64,000 nucleotides of DNA from Basidiobolus meristosporus CBS 931.73. Its lineage: Eukaryota; Fungi; Basidiobolomycota. The stretch's first letter is position 1. Each line of letters starts with the position of its first letter. The position numbers were made by a program, and so were the translations under genes. The DNA lies in assembly GCA_002104905.1 (NCBI GenBank), contig MCFE01000293.1, positions 1 through 64,000 on the forward strand, read 5' to 3'. Below are positions 35,501 to 47,600 of this stretch, in pieces. The notes beneath the pieces are model-generated. The model was not told the origin of the DNA, did no database searches, and was given only the letters and a program-made list of their open reading frames with translations.

Positions 35501-37284
35501 CCTGGTTCTAGAGCCGTTGCTCTTACCTGCACGTCAATTCTATCCAGCTTGGAGTCGATATATAACGGGATATAGGCTTTCCGATTATCTCTCCTGGCCT
35601 TTATGTAATCCCATGTCCACTTGCGATTTTTCTCATGAATCTCTGATAGTATAGCAGTGCCTTGCAAGAGGGTATATGTATGTTAATTCTTGGTTTCTGA
35701 CAATTCGCCATTAGTACGGCGGCTACCTGCAAACTGCAACCAAGCTTTGGGATCATCTTTCGGACCAACATCTTTAGGAGGACGAATGCCCCGATACTGG
35801 AGACCGAATCAGTAATGTTTTAAACCAGCCATCAGCTTAAATAAGCTTTACCTTTTCTTGCCTGATGGAATATTCAAACAGATTTGCTAAGAGAAGTATA
35901 TCTCGGTATTGCTCATCATCAATGACGAAACCAAACTCATCGAACAATAAGAGTGCTACATTCTTTGCTTTCTCTTTGTTGAAGGATTTGTTTAGAATAA
36001 GCTGAGAGTAATGGGAATTGTATTAGTCAAGGGAAGAGAGTCCATAGACACAAGTTGATACTAACTCTACCAGCTCCGGACACCGGCTTAAGTATAAACT
36101 GATGCTCCAAACTAGTGTTCTTTTCGGATGTTATCTAGCATGGATTCAGCCATTAGATTTGCTGGCTACGAGGGAAAATCATACAACAATACTAGCGACT
36201 TACAAGACTAGTAAAATTCTGAATGAACTCCTCATAGCTTTTCCCAGCCAAAGATCTCGATTGAGTATTCCAGTAAACACCCAGCGAGTTCAGTTTCAGA
36301 AGCTGAATTAACTCGTTAGTAGCTGTAAGGAGAACCCTTCAAATGCACGGACTAACCTTGTGAACAGCATCTGTAGGCTGGCTGATAAAGGCTTCGTTCC
36401 AGTTTTCGTCTGTGGAGACCACGGAAAGCTCGGACAACGTTATGCCCACTGAAAAAGGATGCTACAGCAATGAGATTATAGCATTAGACCCGGGAACATC
36501 GTAAGAAACTCCAAGAGACATCGCTTACATCAGGGTTGCTGGATTGGTCCTCATATCGAACGTGGATGTTGTTGATAGAAATTTGTAAATTATCGATAAT
36601 CTTGGTAACCAACTGTAGTGTGAAAGAATCTGATTTCGCGTCGTCTGAAGCGGAAATAGGTATCAATGCTCAATCTCACTGTACGTTACAATTTGTTGAC
36701 GAGACGAAGCTTACTATCAACAGGGACAGAATTCGGCTGGGTATGAAGGAGTTCTGCAGTCTCTAACTTGTCTTGTTTTAGTCTTTGCAAACGCTCTTCC
36801 TCCTCCTCTGCATCATACTGACAGCAATAGATGTTTAGTAAACGTTCCGAAAGACCCCCGGTCCAAAACTCACTGTTGTCTCTCTTTTGGGTGCGGCAAG
36901 AATATACACATTATCAATAAACACGCGAACAGGCTGGGTTTTCAAGTTTTTCCAGGGGATTTTTAAAGTGAGTTCACCCAGATATCCTTGTCAAAGGTAA
37001 AGTCCCCGGTTAGAACATGTGAAGAGATCGACCGGCATATAGGGCTTACCTTCCATCACATCGATGGGCAGATTGAACTTATCGAGCGCTTCTTTCCTAA
37101 GCTTAAGTCCTCTTAACTTTACATCCCCTACGTCAAAGCAAAATCAATTTAATGCCGGTTGAAAAACTCTTGCAACGCAATGGCTACCTTTCCAAATGGC
37201 GATGTTTAACTGTGTGGTTTCTAAGTTTGATACATAATCTCCCAGGAATTTATTTAACACGTTTGCAACAAGCGATTCGAACAT
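26501..37284 (-). CDS. VPS13: Vacuolar protein sorting-associated protein 13 (bridge-like lipid transfer protein), multi-exon
   Basis: N-terminus [30 protein letters not shown] (Chorein_N), WEPLIEPW, the VAB/SHR-BD region, and ATG2_C-like [23 protein letters not shown]. The first introns and the one at ~34.45 kb parse as GT-AG. A 5.5 kb terminal exon spans 26501-~32000. Confidence 0.97.
33836..33943 (-). repeat. 54-bp tandem duplication inside a VPS13 exon ([18 protein letters not shown] x2)
   Basis: Units 33836-33889 and 33890-33943 differ at one base; in frame. Confidence 0.95.
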
Positions 37285-38085
37285 TATACGTGAAGAGATA
37301 GAAATACAAAAGAAATTTGGGTTATGTATTCGGAACGAAGGATAATATGCTGATGGATTAAAGTGCGATAAATAACACTAAATGAAGTGGACTTCTAATT
37401 TAAGTGATGTCACCAGCTAGCAAGGGCTTCGAAGCCAATGAAAAGAGAAGTGAGGCATAAATTCAGTTAGGTTCCATTAACCTCTGATCATAATGAGGTC
37501 ATGAGGGTGCCAGATCAAGACCAAATAGCTGTAGTCATGATCACCTAACCACTGTACACAAAGTGCCTGAGGTCAACGTACTAAGCCACTCATGCTCAAT
37601 CAATGGACTCGTGGCGTCCCAAGACATGATTTGTCTAATCAAATGCTCGGGTACGTGTATGTATGCTATATATGTACATATATGCATATCATTCGCGTTA
37701 GTATGGATTAGATGCCGCTGGAACAAGCCGATTAATCATTGTGGATGAGGTCAAGGAGGGAGCACCATCACCAACAACCACACTGATGCACTACAACCAA
37801 CCCCAGTGTCATCAAACAAACTATGTAACGCGCTAATCACTGAGTCCCCGGATCAAACGAGATTGCCCATCCAACTGAGAAATTGCTGGTTGCGTATCTT
37901 TGATTTTACGCATTTATTTGCTTTACAGAGGACACCAAGGGTACATTAGGTCTCAGTAACCAGTTTGGCGCAGATGCCAGCAGAAATACCGCTACTTCCA
38001 GCGTTACGCAATGCGGAATCCCCTAGAGTAGATAGCAATTACCCATTTTTTCGAACTTGAGACATCGATTTGAAAGTGTATCAAC

Positions 38086-38722
38086 TCATTCCATCATGGT
38101 GGGGGTGGCAGGGGTCTCGGCTTCCCTCATCTCGGTATCGACCTCCTCGCTGGCACGATCTTTGGATAGTTTGGGTTGAAGGTTTACTTTGGAAAGGGTG
38201 ATCTTCTTGGTTGTGTGACAGAAGTACTTCACCTCCTTCGCTTCGGAAGTTTCGGTCTTTTGCTGGGTGCTGTTGGTATTTCCTAGGTTGCCAGAAGAGC
38301 CCAGCAGTGCTTTAAATTAGTCGTACTCCACAAACGGCTGTCAGGACGGAGAAATTACCTGAGGGGCAAAACACCAACTCTGTTCCCAGAGTTTCGTCAT
38401 ATTGTCCTTTGAATACCATATTTCCTATCTTCAGATACGGCGACTCAGTGTCCAAACCCTGTGGAATAGGTGTCATTATCCCTGGGTTGTTTGAAAAATA
38501 TATAAGAAGCGAAAGCAAGATTACCATGAGAGAGTATCCATCCGTCCCAGAGCTCTTTAGCATGTCAGTGGTAACCTCCGTACCCAGATCTAGCACTATA
38601 TAATTGACCTAGCTCTACGTTACTTTCTCGTGCTCAGAACAAAACACGATCTGTATGCTAACTTCTTCTTCGTATTCATACTCGTCGTCACTGTAGCCAT
38701 TTGGTTGTTGTTCTGCGAACAT
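38086..38722 (-). CDS. TFIIIC subunit 6-like (TFIIIC_sub6; Sfc7/Tfc7/GTF3C6-type domain), 4 exons
   Basis: Exons 38722-38663, 38608-38525, 38458-38359 and ~38282-38086 give EYEYEEE-VNYIVLDLG...GLDTESPYLKIGNMVFKGQYDETLGTELVF...YFCHTTKKITL. Confidence 0.8.
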
Positions 38723-40082
38723 GACTTAACTGTTGAATAGGGCCTGGCACATTGATTTGGACGGCAGCAAACACCAAGTAACCTCAAAACCATGTCAAAT
38801 AGCAATATCCGTGATGATTGGATATGGCAGCCAAGATGTAAAATTCCGTGAAAAAAATATCTCGTGACAGAAAATTCGTACAAACTCTTGCAGACAACTC
38901 TGCTATGGTGACAAATCAACTCTTCACATATGATGGGCTTATGGCACAAGGCCAGGAACTGGTCGGCTAGACTGCCCACGTCTAACTTTCGGCGACTGAT
39001 ACTTGATTTGGTGAGACGTAATCGCATCAAGAGTACGCCATCGGACAAACACGTTGATATCCAACATATAATCATTAGTTCAAAGGAAAATGCCAAAACG
39101 AACCTGATGTGGTCTAAGCTTAGAAGTTTGGCATTAGAGCTTCGCAGCCAGCTCAACGAAGGGTACAATTCTGGGGGGGGGGAGCTTGATATGTATCCAC
39201 AGTGCTGGGAGATACAGTTGTATCTGTCGATCACCTAGCCAAGGTGTTGGATCCAGCTCAATGGATGTGTGCCTAAACAAAATTTACCACCAACAGGAAT
39301 CATGCCAAACCAATAAGGCGCAGTGAATTCACAGATAGTCAAATGGAAGGTTCATTCACATGCACTAGACACTATGTTTAAGAAAATATAGATTGCTTTG
39401 TGTATTCACAACACAACCAGTTGTCGGCCAGTACTAGATTTCACTGATTGTCCCAGGGCTCATTAAATTCGACAACAGGATGGATACTTTGTTAGACAAC
39501 ACAGCCAAGCATATATGCTAGCATCTAGCTAAACCTGGCCAAGTTACAACCTCAAGACAGGTTTTCTATTTATGATGCAACTGCGCCAGGTCGAGCAGTT
39601 GGCTAAAACAAGAGGGTAAGCCTTATGATATGGCAGAGAAGGTATTAGCAGAATGATCAGTGTATTTATTTATTAACAAACGGCATGCTTCAGTCATATG
39701 GAGGCCATCTCGCAAGATTCTCGGAACTCATCAGTTTGGTGGTGCGAACTCGAGACACCCACACAAATGGGCGTCTTACCTCTCTGGCAATGGACAGAAG
39801 GCAGGGCTATTCTTGCCATAAACATAACTGATAGTATTTATATTGATGGCGGGGGGGGAATCGTAACATGTACATATGACGCTCTACACAGGGTCGGGTA
39901 GAGTATCGCTGTGGGAATACCAAAACGAAGGATGAAAGGAACACTACATGATATTCCACATTTACGGATAATATTAAACAAAAACTATGCAACAGTCCGG
40001 GAACAGGGTATGGTCAAAGGTGTAGGATACATAAAAGAACAAATCTCTCCATACGAACAAGGAGCGTCAGGGTACCGAACGC

Positions 40083-41006
40083 TCACTTGATTTGGTCGTA
40101 CTTCTCCTTGAATATCCAGCTATTTCCAACCACGCCCATCCCCTGGGCATGGGCCATACGGTAATACTTGGCTGCTTTGAACCGGTCTTTCTTGACCCCA
40201 TGCCCATGGAGATAGCAGAAGGCCAAGTCGTTCTGCGCGTCAGGGTCGCCAAGGTTGGCCGCAATCTCAAAGTAATAGGCAGCAGTGGCTTTGTTTTTCG
40301 ACACTCCCCAGCCATTCTGGAAGCTAACTCCCAGCTCGTGAATAGCCAGTACCAGCTCCTCCCTGGCGACACACAAGTTTGTGTTTTGGGTGATATGGTT
40401 CAGGTCGAATACCGCACATTCGGCCGCCTTCTGTAGGCACTGAAACGCAACGATGGGGCTTTCCTTGCATCCCTAACCAATGGAGGTGAATAAAACGCCG
40501 TTCAACTCATGACACCCTCACTGACTTACCCAACCGTGGCGCAACGAGATGCCGTACAAAAAGAGCCCGATCGGCGAGCCCTGGCAGGCGGCCAGGCGGA
40601 ACAGATGCGCGGCCTTTTCAAGCTCGTTTTTCTCATGGCATTGGATCGCCTTTTGAATGTACCGATCGGCCAGTTCTATGTTGGCTCGATGCTCCGTGTT
40701 CGTTTCGTACGGGACCCAGTTGGAGAAGTCCTCGTGCTCAGTGAGAAGGGTCTCCCCTTGCACTCCAGCAGGGTTTGACAGAATCACGGGTGGCTGTGAG
40801 GTTCGTTTGGTTGGCTCGCTTCCAACATTAGGTGCCGGCTCAGGTGTTGAGTTGAATGGCTGGCACGTAACCTTCTCTCTGGCTGCGCAAAGGTCGGCGG
40901 AGGGGTTCCGAAACAATATTGGGGGGATGCTTAAGCCGGTGTCCTTGATTTTAGCAAGCTCGCGAGGAGAGGACATTCTACGGAAAGCCTGCTTTATCTT
41001 ATCCAT
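40083..41006 (-). CDS. Sel1-repeat protein, Nif1/Dsf2-like, 2 exons, ~288 aa
   Basis: Exons 41006-40530 and 40472-40083. AIQCHEKNELEKA...GLFLYGISLRHGWGC, AIHELGVSFQNGWGV and GDPDAQNDLAFCYLHGHGVKKD..AAKYYR..GNSWIFKEKY. Confidence 0.85.
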
Positions 41007-43855
41007 GTGGGGAGCGGTTATAGAACGGGAGTTAGAGACTTGGACGAAAAGAGGCGAGCACTGGGTTTAGGGCGAGAGTCGCTGTCGTGAGGAAGGTCTG
41101 GGGCGGAAAGCGGGCCTGGACGGAGTTGGGTGGGTTTAAAAAGGTTCGGGCTCAAATCAGCACGGAACATGTAACAAGTCACTTGGCCACCATCCGAGAA
41201 GAGCATGATAGGGCTCAGATTCGTGTGAGGTAAAATTAGAATAAAGTTGTCCCTTTTTTAGCAACACGAGGTGATTCAGGTATGCGACAGGTACGAATCC
41301 TTGGACGAATAGCAGTGATTCGAGAGCCTCAGGCTGACTCAGGGGGTTGATTGCTGCACTGTGGTCAGGTATAATTAGACCACTCGCACCCCAGCAATCC
41401 CTCTGGAGATAGGTGTGAATGGGTGTGCACAATGACGCGATCTTCCCTGGCTTGAATCCAGGATCTGATCGGGGTTTCTTCTGATCCATGCACGATTTAT
41501 CTACAGATCTCTGGTGATCGGGTGTCAGTCAGTTGGGCGATTCGAGCTAGAGGGATCGGGGTGTTGTGGGCGCAATCTTTCAGACCAAGACCGACTGCAT
41601 AATCGAAAGAGTCCCGGCCGGTTTGGACACACCACCTCGCACTTGCTTGTTTGAGACATCCATTGGGATGGGATGGACTGGCCAACCACTGCCGCCTCGC
41701 GCGGGGATATATACCACGCATTCAGAAATCATGGCTCTTGGGCGGGAAAGGTGGCTCTCAGAACATGGGCTAGGCTTGAGTCGACAGCAATGATCTGGCA
41801 TCATCATTGCCTACATTTCCCTGCATGTCGTCGCAGGGGCGGGAGTATTGAGCGGCTCCGTGTTCCCGCAGCCCAACAACCACGCTATCGTCATCCCAGC
41901 GCGAAAGTCGCCCTCCACTATCTAGAATGTCTGCATGCAACAGAGCCATCAGAATCCTCAAACAGTGTAACGTGAGACGATTGCTACTCGCCATATCGGG
42001 GGATGTGATATATGCTTTCAAACCAATCGCCAGTTCTGGCAGCGGTGGGCGGTGGCTCGTTTGACTACAACCAGCCAAATGCCAATGCAAGCCTACATAT
42101 GTCGAACGGCTTCCCCTTTGCTGTGGTGAGAAAGTGCCAAGTCGCTTTATGGCAGGGCCGATGCCATACATACGTTCAGCAGTTAATGCTGTGCTCTCGT
42201 CGGGGGTGGTTTCAGTGATAACTTTGTTGCGCTCCAGCAAACCAACACCTCAAATAGCAGGGCGGCCTCTCCCGATTTGGAATGGTGCTCAAGGGCGGCA
42301 CACAGTGGGACAGTCGGTTGCAAGATCGTGTCGCGAGGAGAATCGGTGGAATATTCACTGCATACCTCACCGGCTTATCTTCGATGTGTAACCAGCCCCC
42401 CGGCTTAGGGCAGACACATTTGTTCCAAGGGGATGGATTGCTGGGTGGTCAGCAGGCTGTTGATCCAAAGTGTGTTTCGTGTTTATAGAATGTCCGAAAT
42501 CATGCGGTTTCACATTAATTGGCCATCGGCGATGTCTTACAAATGGGCCTGTCCAAGCGGTGAATTTTGGTTATTACTCTGGCATCCAGTCACAAATCAT
42601 CTCTGCCATTTACATGCATTAGCCAAATTAGTAAGGCTAGATGAGTTCGCACATCAGCTCATCGTTATCCTGTAGATTACACACCAATCTTCCAAAAATG
42701 GGCGTGAAGTGCATATACTGTAGCAAGTGGTTTGTTCTGCACTTAATTACTCGCATGTGGTGATATTTCATTCAGCTGTCTAACCAACTGCCTGATCCTT
42801 CATAAGTTCAAGATTGAGAAATAGCACCTGAGCTCCGCGGATCTATGATCCACACTGTTGCCCAAGCCTATAGCCCAATGAGTATCTTTACAATGCATCC
42901 TTCTCTTCCGTGTCAACAGATCCTATCCAGTGCGTTTGGACCCACTGAATGTATGTTGCTTGATCAGACTCTACTCTTTTGGAGATTAATGCCCAGCTAT
43001 ATTCTGGCTGTTTCCATACGTTTTTCAACCCTCGCATCTGCTGAACCCTGTGTTTGCTTGTGACATTTGAGATTGCATGTGGTCGGGTTTTGGCCTTACA
43101 CCTTCTGATTTCATATTTAGCTATTGATATGTCCTTTGGAAGGTTCCCTAAAAAACAACTCCCATACTGACTGCGCGGAATTATCCCACACAACTGGAGC
43201 GTCCAAGATCTTTTTCAACCTAGGAATGCAGCATTCTCACATATAGTCAATGATTTCTATGCTGATACAAGATAGTTATACCAGATATTAAGCTATTTTA
43301 CTGCCAAGTGCACTTGTACCTTCTTTTATAGTGAAAATGTTCACAACGTTCTGTCAGCAATCCAACAGGCATGAGTATAAAGATGATAATTATACTCTTG
43401 CATGGCCTTAGCAAGCCAAGCACATTGAGTGTGCTCAACAAGGTTCCATGAGCAATTGTGTGAAGTTTAGGGAGCTTTGTACAACTTGAAATTTCTTCAT
43501 ATTCTTGAGACCAGGTACTTTTGCACAATATACTATGTAATGCCTAACAAGAAATTTGGACAAAAGTATCTTTAGATTTTTAGTCTATCATCCTAGTGAC
43601 TAAGCTAAATGATTATTAAGGTGTAACTGCTAAACCTACTGCAGGGGCTTACATATATGCTCATGAAGTCTTCCTGAGCTCACTATGTTGTGAATCAACA
43701 TTCAAGAAAATCACAATGTCATCCCAAAAACTACAAGGATCAAATTTACTAAAAGTCACGCCTTGCCCTTCAATATCTGATCCTGTAGACTTGAACATAA
43801 GATCATCCAGCTTATATCTTGTCTTTTATCAAATGGCTACTATACTGATGCTATC

Positions 43856-44180
43856 TGCTGTAGAAATTTGTAATTACACCTAAATATTCACCTAGCTTAG
43901 CCACCTAGATCATTACCTACAAATCCTATAGAATTCTGACCAAATTCCATGCCAGGATATACCTGGAATAAATCCACCTAATAATCTGTTATCCAGAATA
44001 TGAGATTTCTCAAAGCTGTCCAAGCTATTCTAAGCTCTGCACACATGCTTTTGAGATCTTGCTCAACATATCCTATATGTTTGTTTTGCCAAGGTTGTGT
44101 AAAACTCCAAGTACTACTTATATATGCAATATATCATCAAGTGGAGACCACATGATAGGCTTGTTTTTCCAATCACTTCC
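43856..44180 (+). repeat. Copia LTR family 1, diverged, 3-prime end unclear
   Basis: TGCTGTAGAAATTTGTAATTACACCTAAATATTCACC matches the start of 44700; it runs into CACTA-derived sequence at ~44185. Confidence 0.75.
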
Positions 44181-44329
44181 TACCTCTGTATGTTGTGCCA
44201 CAGCTTTATTTATAATGCTTACTGTGGTGGGTCATCAATAAATCTTACATTCATGCAGGGAAGATGACTCAAATACAAGACTGTCTTAAACTCACATTAG
44301 TATTGACAAAATTGATGATAAGGCGCTAC

Positions 44330-44650
44330 CCCTAAGAAAAAACATCAAGAAAATGCCAGCCAAATACCATCAGAAAAATAGCTGAATTCCAAGTTTCTCA
44401 GAATTGACAACTCCCAATATCTCTGTTGTTAGCCAGTTGGCAGGTAAGCAAACTTATTCTCCAGGAGGAGACTAGGCCAACTAGCTTCCAAAACAAATTT
44501 GGTAATTAGCTGCCCATTACTTCCATCAAAAAATGCATTTGAAGATTTGAACCAAAAACACCAGCTGAATACCAGTAAAATACCATTGGTATACCAGCTG
44601 AATACCAGCTGAAAATCAGAGGAATTCTAAGTTTGCAATTTTTCATAGGG
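44330..44650. mobile_element. 321-bp non-autonomous (MITE-like) element with CMC-type termini
   Basis: CCCTAAGAAAA...TTTTCATAGGG, with TAC on both flanks (44327-44329, 44651-44653) and internal CCAGCTGAATACCAG repeats. Confidence 0.8.
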
Positions 44651-44699
44651 TACACTTCCAGCTAAAATCATTCTAGGATGCAACTCACCATGTACTTGG

Positions 44700-47600
44700 T
44701 GTTGTAAAAATTTGTAATTCCACCTAAATATTCACCTAACTTAGTCACTTAGATCATTGCCCTCAAATCCTAGAGAATACTGATCAAATTCCTTGTCGGG
44801 ATTTACTTAGAATATTTTCACCAAAATACCAGGTACCCAGAACATGAAAATTTGCAAAGTTGTCCAAACAGCCCCAAACTTTGCACACATGTTCTTGGGA
44901 CCTTCCTTAACCTATTCTATGTGTTTGTTATGCCAAGACCATGTAAAAAATTTAAATACTACTTTTACATTCAATAAATCATCAAGTGAAAACCACATAA
45001 TCTACTAGTCCTCCCAATCACTTCCAATATCTCCAAGACTCTTACAACAGGTAATGAGCCCCAAGCTGTCACTCTCTGCAATGTCTACTACTGCTATTAT
45101 TGGAATTTTTCCCTCTGCTGAAAAGTTGGATGGATCTAACTACCAAGTGTGGAAGTTGAAGATGAAGATGCTGCTAAAAGTAAGAGGCCTTTGGGATATT
45201 GTCATGGGTGAAGAATGCCCTTGTAAAAATGTGGGAGAGGAAGCCTTAAAGTACCAGAAGAAAGAACAAAGTGCCTTTAACTGCATTTGCCTTAATGTCA
45301 AGGACAAATTGCTAAATCAATGCTCAAGAGCAAAAATGGCAAAGAATGCCTGGAAGGCATTAGAAGACACCTACCAGTCATGTTCAGCTGCTAAGAAAGT
45401 GTATCTGAGACAAAAATTCTTTACTACAAAGATGCTGCCAGGAGAAGAAATGAAAAATCTAATTAAAAGAATTACCCTGCTGGTAGATGAGATGGAATCG
45501 GTGGGCATACAAACTACTGATGAGGATGTGATAGTTACCATCCTGAATAGCCTGACAGACAAGTTTCAGCATCTTGTATCAGCCCTAGAGTCCAGAACTG
45601 AAGATTTGACCTTAAATTACGTATATGGAAGGCTCCTGGATGAAGAATTAAGAAATTCAAGCACCAATAAGTAGGAAGAAGAAAATGCTTTAATAAGTAA
45701 TGATAACCAACAAAGGAGGTACCCAAGACCCTACAAAGGCACCAGCAACCTGTTTTGCAACTACTGCAAAAGGAAAGGACACACATTAGACCGGTGCTTC
45801 AAAAAGAAAGATAGTCAGCAGAAAAAGCCTGAATATGGAAATGCTGCAACAGCTGAAGATAGGCTATTCATATCTGCACTAAGTATGACCACAAACAAGG
45901 ATTCTCAGATGTGGTATATTGACTCTGGAGCATCTCAACACTTTACACACCAAAAAGAACTTTTTACCCAATATCAAGAAATTCCAATTAAGAAGGATTT
46001 CATGGTTGACAATAGAACACTTGATGCAGTGGGAGAAGGAACTATCTAAGTAAGCCTAAGCAGCAGTGAAGGAAGCCATACACTGACCTTCAAAGAAGTA
46101 CTCTACGTACCAGAAATAGCCAAGAACCTACTATCTGTAAGCAAGCTCACTGCAGAAGGACTCAGTTTCAGCTTTGACCATTCTGGATGCAAGATTACTG
46201 ATCAAAATGGTGCCCATATTGCTTTGCGTATCAGAGATCAGAACCTATACAAGTTGACTTATATTCCATCATATTTGGAAGCCAATATAAGTAACTTAAA
46301 TGAAGAAACACCAATGATTTGGCACAGGAGATTTGGGCACATCAACTCTGATTATTTGTGCAAAATGATCAAAGATCAGCTAATTTCTGGAGTAAAAATT
46401 GATCCCCCAGCTAATTTGGAGCACTGTGAAGCCTGCATATATGGGAAACAAGCCAGACAACTGTTCAAGAGTGCTGAATTGATCAAAACTAAGAAAAAAT
46501 TGGATCTAACTCACTCAGATCTGTGTGGACCTATGCAAAACTTATCATTAGGTTGGATGAAGTATTTGATCACATTTATTGATGATTATACAAGATACAC
46601 ATGTGTCTACTTCATGGAGAGAAAGGAAGAAGCTCTTACTAAGCTTAGGGAGTTTAAAGCCATGGTGGAGAGAGAAACTGGTGAACAAATCAAGAAAATA
46701 TGCTCTGACAATGATGGAGAATAAATATCAAAACTCTTCATCCACCTCTGCAAAATTCATGGGATAAAGCAAGAGACTACTGTACCATACTCCCCACAGC
46801 AAAATGGAGTAGCAGAATGTGCTAGCAGATCAATAATTGATATGGCAAGATCTATGATCCATGATCAAATATTATCCTATGATTTTTGGGTGGAATCAGT
46901 TGCCACTGCTGTATATCTTAAAAATAGGAGTTAAAACAGAATACTTTGTGGTTCTACTCCATTTGAAGCATGGTAGGGATACAGACCAAGTGCAGAGCAT
47001 CTAAGAATATTTGGGTGTACAACATATGCTAAGAAACTGCCAGGAAATAAGTCAAAATTTGAGCCAAAAAGTGTAAAATGCATATTTTTGGGCTACTGCA
47101 ATGAGAGTAAAGCATACAGACTCTACAATACCAAAGCAAAGAAGCTAATCAAGTCCAGGTATGTGCTGTTTGATGAAAATTCAAAATTTTCCCAAAAAAT
47201 GACATCTGATGATGGCAAAAATCTGATCTCAAATCCACCAATTGTCAGGATTGAATCAGTGCAAAACAATGAGAATTTTTTCACTCCAGAGGACTCTACA
47301 ACCATGGTTCAGCCAAAATCAGTGCCCAGGAATATCCCAGAAGTGATCATTCCTGTATCAAATGCCTGGAGATCCAGTTGGACAAGAAATAGCCCATATT
47401 ACTATATCAATGTGGGCACAAACTTAGCCTATGCCTATTCAGTCCATATCAATGAACCCCAGATTGTAAAAGAGGCCCTAAATAGCCCTCAGACAAAGTT
47501 TTGGAGATCTGCAATGACTGAGGAATATCAGGCCCTGATGGATAATCAAACTTGGGACTTGGTCAAATTACCAATCAACCAAAAATCAATTGGATGCAGA

